A DNA stretch of 32,000 nt from Breznakia blatticola (lineage in GTDB: Bacteria > Bacillota_I > Bacilli_A > Erysipelotrichales > Erysipelotrichaceae): assembly GCF_004365815.1 (NCBI RefSeq), contig NZ_SODD01000003.1:1-32000 (forward strand), read 5' to 3'. The notes under the pieces were generated by a model. That model saw only the letters and a list, made by a program, of their open reading frames with translations. It was not told where the DNA came from and searched no databases. Positions 22,768-31,795 of the stretch are shown piece by piece. The position numbers and the translations under genes are program-made. Each line of letters begins with the position of its first letter. The stretch's first letter is position 1.

Positions 22768-24096
22768 CTATTTACCTAAACAAAATTTTGAGAATAATGT
22801 ATCAAGTAAATCATCTTTACTTACTTCACCAAGGATTTCTTTTAGTGAATAATATGCATCTTGAAGATCAATTGTCACTAGATCTAGTTCATAGCCTAAC
22901 TCAAGTGCTTCCTTTGCTTTCACTAAAGAAACTTTAGCTTTTGCCATTAAAGATAATTGACGTTCGTTTTGCAGCATTGGCATTTGGTATGCTTGATGGA
23001 ATTCTTGGTATTTTTCATTCAAAGCATCCATTAAGACATCAACATCTCCATCTTTAGCAGAAATGTTAATTCCATCATGTGTTTTCTCATCTTTTTTATT
23101 ATAGATAAGTAAGCGATCTTTTCCTTCACTAATAGCAAGTAATTCTTCATCTTGTACATCCAATGGTTTTGAACCATCAAATACCACAAGTACAAGTTGT
23201 GCTTCTTCAACCATTTTCTTCGAACGATCAATTCCAATTTTCTCAATTGTATCATCGCTTTGACGAATTCCTGCTGTATCAATTAGATGTAATGTTACAT
23301 TATCCAAACGGATACTACCTTCTACAATATCACGTGTTGTTCCTTCAATATCAGAAACAATCGCTTTATCTTCCTCAAGCAGGGCATTTAATAAACTTGA
23401 TTTTCCAACATTCGGCTTTCCAATAATTGCGGTTTTAATACCTTCACGTAAAACTTTACCTGAGGATGCACGACGTAACACCTCATCAATATCCTTTAAT
23501 AAATCTAACGTTTTTGGTAATAAGATTTCAGCAGTTAATAGTTCTACATCATCATATTCAGGGTAATCAATATTCACCTCAATATTCGCAATAATATCAA
23601 GTAGTTTTTCTAACAATGGATCCATGACTTTGACAACACTTCCTTGGATCGCTTGAATTGCCATACGTGCGTTGTTTTTATCTTGCGCAAACACCATGTC
23701 ATGAATTCCTTCTGCTTTCGTTAAATCCATTTTACCGTTTAGATATCCACGTTGACTGAACTCACCAGGATTTGCCATACGCGCACCATTTTCCAAACAT
23801 AAACGTAAGATTTCTTTGGTAATGTATGAACCACCATGACAGTTGATTTCCACCATATCTTCACCAGTATATGTTTTTGGTGCTTTAAATAAGGAAACAA
23901 GCACTTCATCAACTTTCTCACCGTTTTTTGGATCACGAATAAAACCATATGTAATCGTATGGCTTGCTTGTTGATGTAAATCTTTATGTAATAATGTGCT
24001 TGCGATTTCTATTGCATCTGGACCACTCATTCGAACAATGGCAATGGGGCCTTGTTGGAGTGCAGTTGCAATCGCTACAATTGTATCTTGGAACAT
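22768..24096 (-). CDS. mnmE: tRNA uridine-5-carboxymethylaminomethyl modification GTPase MnmE (TrmE)
   Basis: N-terminal DTIVAIAT, G-domain GKPNVGKSSLLN / DTAGIR / NKKD, and the C-terminal FCLGK tetrapeptide-type motif. I place the start at ATG 24096 (MFQDTIVAIAT), which has a GGAG RBS 8 nt upstream. The ORF-track start at 24135 adds 13 unlikely residues. Confidence 0.95.
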   Translation of the reverse strand: MFQDTIVAIATALQQGPIAIVRMSGPDAIEIASTLLHKDLHQQASHTITYGFIRDPKNGEKVDEVLVSLFKAPKTYTGEDMVEINCHGGSYITKEILRLCLENGARMANPGEFSQRGYLNGKMDLTKAEGIHDMVFAQDKNNARMAIQAIQGSVVKVMDPLLEKLLDIIANIEVNIDYPEYDDVELLTAEILLPKTLDLLKDIDEVLRRASSGKVLREGIKTAIIGKPNVGKSSLLNALLEEDKAIVSDIEGTTRDIVEGSIRLDNVTLHLIDTAGIRQSDDTIEKIGIDRSKKMVEEAQLVLVVFDGSKPLDVQDEELLAISEGKDRLLIYNKKDEKTHDGINISAKDGDVDVLMDALNEKYQEFHQAYQMPMLQNERQLSLMAKAKVSLVKAKEALELGYELDLVTIDLQDAYYSLKEILGEVSKDDLLDTLFSKFCLGK

Positions 24097-24155
24097 ATCA
24101 TTTTCTCCATTTTCGTGTCTATTATTATACCACAATAAGAAAGTGAATATAACGC

Positions 24156-24183
24156 TTGCACTTTTAACTAAATTCCTTATAAT
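24156..24183 (+). promoter_or_regulatory. Candidate promoter of the FAD oxidoreductase gene (-35 TTGCAC, 16 nt, -10 TATAAT)
   Basis: TTGCAC at 24156..24161 and a perfect TATAAT at 24178..24183. The GGGGGTAAG RBS and the ATG at 24205 follow. Confidence 0.5.
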
Positions 24184-24204
24184 ACCAATGGGGGTAAGAT
24201 AACT

Positions 24205-25584
24205 ATGAAATATGACGTAATCATCGTTGGAGCTGGTCCTGGTGGGATTTTCTCAGCACTAGAACTAACAAGAAAAAACAAAGAACTTAACATCCTAGTA
24301 CTAGAGGCAGGAAATCCACTAAGTAAACGCCACTGTCCTATCGATGGTGTAAATATTCGAAGCTGTATCTCATGTCCAAGTTGTGACATTATGAAAGGTT
24401 TCGGTGGTGCAGGTGCATTCTCTGATGGAAAATACAACATCACTAACGAATTTGGTGGAAACTTACACGAATACGTTGGAAAACAAGAAGCACTTGATCT
24501 AATGAATTATGTAGATGATATTAATATGGAATACGGTGGAGCAAGTGCTCGTAAATTCTCTACTGCAAATTCTGAATTGAAAAAGCGCTGTTTGCAACAC
24601 GAATTGCATTTACTTGATGCACAAGTTCGTCACTTAGGAACAGACTTAAACTACATCATTCTAGAAAACCTATACAAAGAATTAGAAGATACAATTGATT
24701 GGAAATTCCATTCCTCAGTAACAAAAATTGAGAAAGTAAGTGACCATGATTATAAAGTATATGTTGGTGAAACGGTATACGAATGTGATACTTGTATCAT
24801 TTCAACGGGTCGTTCAGGTTCAAAATGGATGCAATCGATTTGCGATAACTTAAATATTGAAACACGTAGTAACCGTGTAGATATTGGGGTTCGTGTAGAA
24901 CTACCTGCTGCTGTATTTGAAGATATCACAGATGAAGTATACGAAAGTAAAATTATTTATCGTACAGAAAAATTCCAAGATAAAGTTCGTACATTCTGTA
25001 TGAACCCACGCGGAATTGTTGTAAATGAAAATACAAATGGTGTTATTACTGTAAACGGACACTCATACGAAGACAAAGGATGTTTCTCAGAAAACACGAA
25101 CTTTGCTTTACTTGTTTCTAACAAGTTCACGGAACCATTTAAAGATTCTAATGAATATGGAGAAAGTATTGCACGTTTATCAAACATGTTATCTGGAGGA
25201 GTTCTTGTCCAACGTTTTGGTGATTTGATTCGTGGACAACGTTCAACACAATCAAGAATTGATGATGGATTTGTGACACCAACACTAAATGCAACACCTG
25301 GTGATTTAAGTCTTGTCATACCAAAACGTCAACTTGATGATATTATTGAAATGCTATATGCATTAGATAAAATTGCTCCAGGAACAGCAAGTGATGACAC
25401 TTTACTATATGGAGTTGAAGTTAAATTCTATAACTTACAAGTAGATGTTGATAACCAACTAGAAACAAAACATAAAGGACTTTATGTTATTGGTGATTGT
25501 AGTGGAGTTACACACTCATTAAGTCACGCAAGTGCTAGTGGTGTATATGTAGCTAGAAAAGTTGCTGCAGATCTTCAAAAATAA
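24205..25584 (+). CDS. FAD-dependent oxidoreductase of the COG2509 type (uncharacterised FAD-dependent dehydrogenase)
   Basis: 459-aa ORF with an N-terminal dinucleotide-binding motif (YDVIIVGAGPGGIFSALEL), a Cys cluster (CPIDGVNIRSCISCPSCD) and a C-terminal GDCSGVT motif. Confidence 0.85.
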   Translation: MKYDVIIVGAGPGGIFSALELTRKNKELNILVLEAGNPLSKRHCPIDGVNIRSCISCPSCDIMKGFGGAGAFSDGKYNITNEFGGNLHEYVGKQEALDLMNYVDDINMEYGGASARKFSTANSELKKRCLQHELHLLDAQVRHLGTDLNYIILENLYKELEDTIDWKFHSSVTKIEKVSDHDYKVYVGETVYECDTCIISTGRSGSKWMQSICDNLNIETRSNRVDIGVRVELPAAVFEDITDEVYESKIIYRTEKFQDKVRTFCMNPRGIVVNENTNGVITVNGHSYEDKGCFSENTNFALLVSNKFTEPFKDSNEYGESIARLSNMLSGGVLVQRFGDLIRGQRSTQSRIDDGFVTPTLNATPGDLSLVIPKRQLDDIIEMLYALDKIAPGTASDDTLLYGVEVKFYNLQVDVDNQLETKHKGLYVIGDCSGVTHSLSHASASGVYVARKVAADLQK

Positions 25585-25588
25585 ACGC

Positions 25589-25622
25589 TAGAAATCATGC
25601 ATTGTCATGGTTTCTTTTTTTG
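25589..25622 (+). terminator. Rho-independent terminator after the FAD oxidoreductase gene
   Basis: AGAAATCATG cattgt CATGGTTTCT stem (one G.U) followed by TTTTTTTTG. Confidence 0.75.
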
Positions 25623-25692
25623 TCTATCAAAAATTATGTATTTTATATTGCACATTATGATATACTAAAACGCGTGCAAAGGGGGAAATCAC

Positions 25693-25884
25693 ATGAATAA
25701 AAATACGAAAATGATTCTTTTTGGAGTTGCGCTATTGGTACTTGATATTATCTTACGAGTTGCATTAAAATCAGATGTACAATCAGATAAAATTGCATTA
25801 GGTTCAATTACATTAGTTATTGATGTTGTTGCAATTGTACTTATTGTAAAAGGAATTCTAGCCAACCGTAAAAACAAACAATAG
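25693..25884 (+). CDS. Small two-TM membrane protein of unknown function
   Basis: 63-aa ORF with two hydrophobic helices (ILFGVALLVLDIILRVAL; ITLVIDVVAIVLIVKGIL) and basic termini. AAAGGGGGA RBS 7 nt upstream. Terminators flank it on both sides. Confidence 0.55.
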   Translation: MNKNTKMILFGVALLVLDIILRVALKSDVQSDKIALGSITLVIDVVAIVLIVKGILANRKNKQ

Positions 25885-25891
25885 AATATTA

Positions 25892-25937
25892 TAAAACGCC
25901 AGTTCTCATATTGCTTGAGAGTTGGCGTTTTATTTTT
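25892..25937. terminator. Bidirectional rho-independent terminator between the small membrane protein gene (+) and the GNAT gene (-)
   Basis: AAAACGCCAGTTCTC ... GAGAGTTGGCGTTTT stem (two G.U pairs) with TTTTATTTTTG on the plus strand and TTTTATAAT on the minus strand. Confidence 0.75.
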
Positions 25938-25940
25938 GTT

Positions 25941-26435
25941 TTACTTTATACATGCACTTCTACGTTCCATCAATATGGTGTTTCTCCATATACCAAGAAT
26001 ATCTTTTCCTATGCGTTCACGATAACCAACATTTCGAAATCCATGTTTTTCGTGTAGCTTAATGCTTGCGATGTTTTCTTCCATAATTCCAGCTTGTAAT
26101 GTCCAAATCCCCTGTTTTTCAGATGCGGGAATCATTTGTTCATACAAGTTAGACGCAATATGACATCCTGCATACGAACGATCAATATAAACACTGATCT
26201 CGCAAACACCTTTATATACTTCTCTTGACGATGTTGAACTTAGTGCAACCCAACCAACAACCTTGTCTTGAATACATGCAACATATCTTAGCTGCTTTAG
26301 ATGTGACTTATCCCATGCGTCATATGTTGGTATTTCTGTTTGAAATGTTGCAAGATTTGTCTCAATTCCTTGCTTGTAAATTGAAGCCACTTGCTTCCAG
26401 TCTGATTGTTTCATTTCTCGTATTGTTATATCCAT
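25941..26435 (-). CDS. GNAT-family N-acetyltransferase (phosphinothricin / methionine-sulfoximine acetyltransferase-like)
   Basis: 164-aa ORF with PAT-like N-terminal ITIREMKQSDWKQVASIYKQGIETNLATFQTE..P and a GNAT acetyl-CoA-binding core. GAGGGGA RBS. Confidence 0.88.
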   Translation of the reverse strand: MDITIREMKQSDWKQVASIYKQGIETNLATFQTEIPTYDAWDKSHLKQLRYVACIQDKVVGWVALSSTSSREVYKGVCEISVYIDRSYAGCHIASNLYEQMIPASEKQGIWTLQAGIMEENIASIKLHEKHGFRNVGYRERIGKDILGIWRNTILMERRSACIK

Positions 26436-26489
26436 AGTATCCCCTCAAGTATGTACTTACATTACACCATATTTCCTGTTTTGTGCATA

Positions 26490-26524
26490 GAAAAAAGAAA
26501 CCAATTGCCTAAACAACTGATTTC
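26490..26524 (-). terminator. Rho-independent terminator after the vWA surface-protein gene
   Basis: Minus-sense GAAATCAGTTG tttagg CAATTGGTTTC (two G.U pairs) followed by TTTTTTC. Confidence 0.7.
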
Positions 26525-26539
26525 TATATGTATCTATTC

Positions 26540-28168
26540 CTATAATGACTTACGGTAACGGTTTAGTCTATATGCTAAATATAAACTAGCTCCTGCTAAA
26601 GTCACTAACATAACAACAAGTCCTGTTGAGTTTTGACCAGTAGCTACACTTGGAAGTTTCTTTGGTTCATCCTTTGGTGTATCTTTTACATCTGGTGCAA
26701 TACTAGGCGCTGATTTTTCATATCCTACATAGATATTTGTACAATCCATAATATCTGTAAGTGCATATGCATTTCCTGATAATGTAGTAAGATCAACTGC
26801 ACTAACAACAGCATCTTTATTCATTGGATATGTAGTCACTACAACTTGTTCTAATTTTGCGTTTGCATCTTTAGGTGCCCATGTAGCCGTATGACTTGCA
26901 CCGTTTCCTACATAATACTCAGTAGTTTTATATGTATTTTCAATTGCAGAGTTTTCACATGAGCTAACACTTACTTTATGTGTTGTTAAATCAACTGCTT
27001 CATCAATTGCTACTGTACCTTTTTCTTCACCATATGTGTAATTAAAAGTTACTTTTTGTTGAATGGTTGTTGTCTTAAACTCTTTTTGTGTTAACTTAGC
27101 AGCTTCTGCTTGGTTAATTTTCACTTTGTATGAATATGTATACGTTCCAGTAGTTGGACTACTTACCCCAAACATAAAGTCATGTATATAACCAGCACTA
27201 CCACCTTGGATGTCTGCTCCGTTTTCTTCTGTGATTTCTAGTGAATCAGCCACAAAATCATAGCTTTCTGGAAGTGTTACATCTACATTCACCATATCAA
27301 TCATCGCTTTTGAAACCTCAGTATGAATACTATTAAGCACATCTTCTAATATATCTTCTTCCAATGGAATAATGTATGTTTGAGCATTCACGTTTGCTCC
27401 AACCGAAGCTGATAAATTGTTTAGTGCATCTGCACCTTCTTTATTCTTGTCTTCTGAGAATCCCATTCCAATTAGGCGATAGATAGTTGTTGTATCCTTC
27501 AAACTTTTAAAATGAGACAGAGTTAAACTTGCATTTGAAGATGGGTCATCTTGACCATCAGTAATCGCAATAATAACTTTTACTCGATCTTCCGTATTCG
27601 TGTCTTCACTGATTAATTTTTCAGCCTCTTTAATCCCACTTCCAAGATATGTTCCACCAGTTTTATCTAGTCTATCAACTGCATTGTTGAAAGTTGTTAA
27701 ATCTGAAGTGAAAGTCGTAAGTGTTTTCGCTGTTGAATCAAAGTCTACTGCAGCCACACGATTATTTGCATTACTGTTCATAATTGCTTCAGCGAGTTTC
27801 TTTGTATTTTCAACTACTACTTCATTTCTTGTTTTTTCATCTTTTCCTGCAATGGTATTGGCACCGTCCATACCAAATCCCATACTTCCAGATGAATCAA
27901 GCACAAACACTACATCTACATCTTTTTGATTTGTTACTGTTAACTCTTTAGGTATCGCTTTAAACGTACCAGTTACTGTATATGTATCATCAGTACCTGG
28001 ATCTACCTTGGCGTTTACTGTAACATCACTTTCTGCATTCACGTATGTGTTTGCAGTTTCATTGGCATTTGCCATTGCGTTCGTTGAAAACATTGCTGTA
28101 CATGCAACGAAAACAACCGCAAATAAGGCAACGAGTTTCGTTAACCCTCTTTGTGTTATTTTTAACAT
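26540..28168 (-). CDS. Secreted von Willebrand factor A (vWA/MIDAS) domain surface protein with a C-terminal cell-wall-sorting-like signal
   Basis: Signal peptide (MLKITQRGLTKLVALFAVVFVACTAMFSTNAMANA). MIDAS motifs DSSGS, GGTYLGSG and ITDGQDD. The C-terminus is KKLPSVATGQNS plus a hydrophobic helix plus YRLNRYRKSL. I place the start at ATG 28168, which has an AAGGAGG RBS 8 nt upstream. Confidence 0.85.
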   Translation of the reverse strand: MLKITQRGLTKLVALFAVVFVACTAMFSTNAMANANETANTYVNAESDVTVNAKVDPGTDDTYTVTGTFKAIPKELTVTNQKDVDVVFVLDSSGSMGFGMDGANTIAGKDEKTRNEVVVENTKKLAEAIMNSNANNRVAAVDFDSTAKTLTTFTSDLTTFNNAVDRLDKTGGTYLGSGIKEAEKLISEDTNTEDRVKVIIAITDGQDDPSSNASLTLSHFKSLKDTTTIYRLIGMGFSEDKNKEGADALNNLSASVGANVNAQTYIIPLEEDILEDVLNSIHTEVSKAMIDMVNVDVTLPESYDFVADSLEITEENGADIQGGSAGYIHDFMFGVSSPTTGTYTYSYKVKINQAEAAKLTQKEFKTTTIQQKVTFNYTYGEEKGTVAIDEAVDLTTHKVSVSSCENSAIENTYKTTEYYVGNGASHTATWAPKDANAKLEQVVVTTYPMNKDAVVSAVDLTTLSGNAYALTDIMDCTNIYVGYEKSAPSIAPDVKDTPKDEPKKLPSVATGQNSTGLVVMLVTLAGASLYLAYRLNRYRKSL

Positions 28169-28198
28169 TTGAAAATCCTCCTTATAAAACACACACAA

Positions 28199-28207
28199 AT
28201 TATATCA
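28199..28207 (-). promoter_or_regulatory. Candidate extended -10 promoter element (TGaTATAAT) for the vWA gene
   Basis: The minus strand reads caTGaTATAATttgtg about 30 nt upstream of the ATG. No good -35 is present. Confidence 0.4.
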
Positions 28208-28257
28208 TGATTGTTTTGCATCATATAAATAAAAGTCATTTAATTTACACAAAACAC

Positions 28258-28293
28258 ATTAAAAAAACACATAGATTTTTACATCCATGTGTT
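28258..28293 (-). terminator. Rho-independent terminator after the aldo/keto reductase gene
   Basis: Minus-sense AACACATGGAT gtaaaa ATCTATGTGTT (one G.U) followed by TTTTTTTAAT. Confidence 0.75.
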
Positions 28294-28303
28294 CATTATT
28301 TCT

Positions 28304-29233
28304 TTATGGTAATGCGTGTCCAATTGCATCAATGTAAATGTGATACCATTCTTCTCTACTTAGTTCAACATTACATCCTGCACACATCTCACGAAGGTGA
28401 TTCACACTTGTTGTTCCAAAGATTGGTTGGAAGTTTGCTGGGTGGCGTAAGAACCAAGCAATAACAACTGCACTTTTACTAACATCGTATTTCTTTGCAT
28501 ACATATCTAATGTATCATTCAACTTTTGATAGTCTAGGTTATTTAGGAAAGTTCCTTCTTCCCAACTTGCTTGCATAATACTCCATGGTTGAATTGTAAC
28601 ATCATGTAAACGACAGTAATCAAGAATGCTTCCATCATGATCAATACTTTGACTTTCTTTCATATTTGTAAATAGACCTTGTGTCATCATTAGTGAATGA
28701 ACAGGACTTAATTGTAATTGATTGAACATCAATTTTTGTTTACATGCTTTTTGTAGTAATTCCATTTGCATTGGATTCATATTACTCACACCAAATGCTT
28801 TTACTTTTCCACTTGCTTCAAGTTCATCAAATGCTTCAGCAATTTCTTTTGGATCAGCTAATGTATCCGGTCTATGTAAAACCAATACATCTAAGTATTC
28901 ACAGTTCATTCGTTCAATACTTTGATTTACGCTATTGATGATGTGTTCTTTACTAAAATCAAAATATCCCACATGTTCACCACGGCGAATTCCACATTTT
29001 GATTGAATGATCATCTCTTTACGTAGTTCAGGGTTTTGTTTTAGTACTTCTCCAAATAGTTTTTCACTTTTTCCACCACCATAAATATCTGCATGGTCAA
29101 AGAAATTTACGCCTTCTTTAAGTGCTTCTTTTACAAGTTCTGTAAAGTCAGTTACACTCATATCACTAATACGCATACAACCGAAGGCTAGTTGACTTAC
29201 TTTCATTCCATTTTGTAATTCTAAATATTTCAT
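28304..29233 (-). CDS. Aldo/keto reductase family oxidoreductase
   Basis: AKR motifs are present (LAFGCMRI, FFDHADIYGGGKSE, LHRPD, AFGVSN). I place the start at ATG 29233 (MKYLELQNGMKVSQL), which has an AGAGGTGA RBS. The ORF-track start at 29260 adds 9 residues and has no RBS. Confidence 0.9.
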   Translation of the reverse strand: MKYLELQNGMKVSQLAFGCMRISDMSVTDFTELVKEALKEGVNFFDHADIYGGGKSEKLFGEVLKQNPELRKEMIIQSKCGIRRGEHVGYFDFSKEHIINSVNQSIERMNCEYLDVLVLHRPDTLADPKEIAEAFDELEASGKVKAFGVSNMNPMQMELLQKACKQKLMFNQLQLSPVHSLMMTQGLFTNMKESQSIDHDGSILDYCRLHDVTIQPWSIMQASWEEGTFLNNLDYQKLNDTLDMYAKKYDVSKSAVVIAWFLRHPANFQPIFGTTSVNHLREMCAGCNVELSREEWYHIYIDAIGHALP

Positions 29234-29358
29234 TAGGTTCACCTCTTCTGTATTCATCATAAACCAATTTAACTAAAACTTCATCTTCTTTTCATCATTT
29301 CACATGATTCTTTTAAGTTGCTAGAAAACTTGGATTAGATTTATGCTATGATAATCAT

Positions 29359-29895
29359 ATGAATTTATGGCAAAAATATTGGGGACATTTAACTACCATT
29401 AATAAACACAAGATTAAAGTTACTGCATTATGCTTTCGATGTGGAATATACAAGCAAGGACTATTACATGATTTATCTAAGTATTCATGGATCGAATTTA
29501 GTTCTGGAGTAAAATATTTCCAAGGAAATCGAAGTCCGATTGATGCAGAAAAAGAAGACAAAGGATATTCTTTAGGATGGCTTCACCACAAAGGTAGAAA
29601 TAAGCATCACTGGGAATACTGGCTAGATAATGCAGTTGGTGGAATCAAGCCGATTCAGATGCCTACCAAGTATGTTGTTGAAATGTTTTGTGATCGTGTT
29701 GTTGCCTCAAAGATATATCAAAAAGATGCATACACAGATAGTAGTGCACTAGATTATTATGACAATGGAAATGGATATTTAATTATCCACCCTGAAACAG
29801 ACAAACTCATTCGACACTTACTTGTATACTTAAGTGAAAACGGATTAGATGAAACTGTTTCTTATATTAAAAGTGAAATACTAACAAAGCGGTAA
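29359..29895 (+). CDS. DUF5662-like / HD-superfamily-like hypothetical protein
   Basis: 178-aa ORF with LLHDLSKY and HHKGRNKHHWEYW histidine-rich motifs, which I recall from a Firmicute family sometimes mis-annotated as catalase. The RBS is weak. Confidence 0.6.
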   Translation: MNLWQKYWGHLTTINKHKIKVTALCFRCGIYKQGLLHDLSKYSWIEFSSGVKYFQGNRSPIDAEKEDKGYSLGWLHHKGRNKHHWEYWLDNAVGGIKPIQMPTKYVVEMFCDRVVASKIYQKDAYTDSSALDYYDNGNGYLIIHPETDKLIRHLLVYLSENGLDETVSYIKSEILTKR

Positions 29896-29917
29896 ATCAA
29901 CTTACCGCTTTTCTTTA
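29887..29917 (+). terminator. Rho-independent terminator after the DUF5662-like gene (may also serve the convergent EutH-family gene)
   Basis: AAGCGGTAA atcaac TTACCGCTT followed by TTCTTTAT. The stop codon lies inside the stem. The convergent minus-strand stop is at 29919. Confidence 0.75.
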
Positions 29918-29918
29918 T

Positions 29919-31118
29919 CTACATTATCTCTTTTTTCATTATTGGAATAATTGCTTTTTTTGCAATAATAATTGCACATATTCCTGCTACAAGTTTACCT
30001 AATATAATGTACATTACTAAACTAGGTTGATAGTTAGTTGTGAAGGCAAGGTGATCACCTAACAAGAATGACCCACATACTGAAAACGCTAATACTATTA
30101 CCTTATCTTCATCATCTAAATCCTCAACTAGAACCAACGATGCTAGCACATTTGCACAACAACCAATCAAACCTACCATAAGCTTATCACTTAACCCAAA
30201 TGCATCACCAACTTTAATTATATGCTTAATAAAGTACTTCTTTATTAAATACATCATTGGAAAAGTACCACATAGCATAATACCTATATATCCTGCATTT
30301 TCTAACGCACGATTTATATTGCTTGTATCAGCAATCATTGGATCTAAAAGCCAAGGGATATCTAACCATATGCAAATGTTCGAAAAAATGGATGTAAAAT
30401 GTTCAATAACACAAATAACAAATATCATACGCATGATTGCATTAAACATATTTCCAAACATTTGAAATCCTTGAATCATTGTATTTGGAACCTTTATTAA
30501 ACCAACTACGATGATTGCACACACTACCAACAAAGGTAATAAATTACGAATCATGACTACTATACTTAGTTGAAGTTGATAATTTAAGGAAGATGATGTA
30601 CTTACAACATCACGTATTAACGGATTGGTAATAACCATACTAAGTGATGATACAAGGACACCAATCGGAATAGAAACAAATCCAGCTAATACGCCATATG
30701 CAAGAAATTTATGGTCTTCTTTTTTTAAAATTCGCAATGCTACCGGAATGGTAAATACGATCGTTGCACCTGCCATATATCCTGCGACCATTGCCATAAT
30801 CCATGATTCTCTTGTATCTGAAAGCACATCAGCAAGTTGATAACCTCCCATATCAACAGCAAGAAATGTCGTTGCTGCCATTGCAGAATCTGCACCAACC
30901 ATTTGATACAATGGAGAAATTATGGATGTTATCAACTTTGTTAATATAGGAATAGATGCCATTACTCCTCCAACTGATAAAAAAATGGTTCCAATTGATT
31001 CAATTCCCTTAACAAACTCTAATCCAAGTAGATTTTCATCCTTACGTAGTGAGGAAATTGCACCTAGAAAAGCACAAAACATAATAATGTAAATTACAAT
31101 TTTACCTATAAATTCCAT
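29919..31118 (-). CDS. eutH: EutH-family permease (ethanolamine utilisation protein EutH homologue)
   Basis: 399-aa polytopic ORF. By eye it aligns to E. coli EutH through conserved blocks (AVDMGGYQLA, TIVFTIPVAL, LAYGVLAGFVSIPIG, LGDHLAFT). GGAAGGAAGG RBS. Confidence 0.85.
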   Translation of the reverse strand: MEFIGKIVIYIIMFCAFLGAISSLRKDENLLGLEFVKGIESIGTIFLSVGGVMASIPILTKLITSIISPLYQMVGADSAMAATTFLAVDMGGYQLADVLSDTRESWIMAMVAGYMAGATIVFTIPVALRILKKEDHKFLAYGVLAGFVSIPIGVLVSSLSMVITNPLIRDVVSTSSSLNYQLQLSIVVMIRNLLPLLVVCAIIVVGLIKVPNTMIQGFQMFGNMFNAIMRMIFVICVIEHFTSIFSNICIWLDIPWLLDPMIADTSNINRALENAGYIGIMLCGTFPMMYLIKKYFIKHIIKVGDAFGLSDKLMVGLIGCCANVLASLVLVEDLDDEDKVIVLAFSVCGSFLLGDHLAFTTNYQPSLVMYIILGKLVAGICAIIIAKKAIIPIMKKEIM

Positions 31119-31150
31119 GACCTTCCTTCCTTAATGAAAAGCCACATGCC

Positions 31151-31795
31151 TTAGCATATGACTTTCATTATACTTTCAATTTCTTGAATACTATGAATAA
31201 CATAATCTGCATGTTTCAGTTCTTCATCTTTTCCATAACCATATGCACATCCGATGAATGTTGCCTGATTTTCTTTTGCAGCCAAATAGTCATAGTATCT
31301 GTCACCTACCATTGTAAGCGAACGAGGTTCGTGCTTTTTTACTAACTCCCGTAAGCTATACACTTTATCACATTCAGGAGTAAGTCCTTGTATATCATCA
31401 AAATAGTCAAACAAATCAAGTCGCTTTAATGTTCCAACAATTTCATCATATGGAGCATTAGAGCAAATGCATAGATAATAGCCATTCTCCTTAAGCGATT
31501 GCAGTGTACTAGCAACCATTGGATATGACTCACATTTATTACTTTGCGCTTCTTGCCAATATCTATCAAGCGTAATTGAGTATTTCTTTGCTTGATTTTC
31601 AGTAACATCATTTCCAAGGAAATATTTTATATCTTCCTCATGCGTTGCTCCAAAACGATCAAGAATTTCCTCGTCACTGAATGGACCAACACCCAATTCT
31701 TTAAGTGTATTTCGATATGCATCCAATGCATAAACCTCAGTTTTATTTAAAGTTCCATCTAGGTCAAATGCAATTAATCGTTTAGAAGATTCCAC
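31151..31795 (-). CDS. HAD-superfamily hydrolase (phosphatase, subfamily IA-like)
   Basis: 214-aa ORF with HAD motif I (IAFDLDGTL), motif II (CSNA) and motif IV (GDRYYD). It has a GTG start preceded by AGGAT, and the start overlaps the end of the PTS IID gene by 14 nt. Confidence 0.85.
   Translation of the reverse strand: MESSKRLIAFDLDGTLNKTEVYALDAYRNTLKELGVGPFSDEEILDRFGATHEEDIKYFLGNDVTENQAKKYSITLDRYWQEAQSNKCESYPMVASTLQSLKENGYYLCICSNAPYDEIVGTLKRLDLFDYFDDIQGLTPECDKVYSLRELVKKHEPRSLTMVGDRYYDYLAAKENQATFIGCAYGYGKDEELKHADYVIHSIQEIESIMKVIC

Noticed and set aside
24957-25319. 120-aa minus-strand ORF inside the FAD oxidoreductase gene (also 24177..24443).
   Set aside because: It is antisense to a well-supported gene with clear FAD-binding motifs, and it has neither an RBS nor a recognisable domain.
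25689-25877. 62-aa minus-strand ORF almost exactly mirroring the 63-aa small membrane protein ORF.
   Set aside because: The plus-strand ORF has a strong SD, a sensible two-TM design and a downstream terminator. The mirror ORF has no SD and would start inside the bidirectional-terminator flank.
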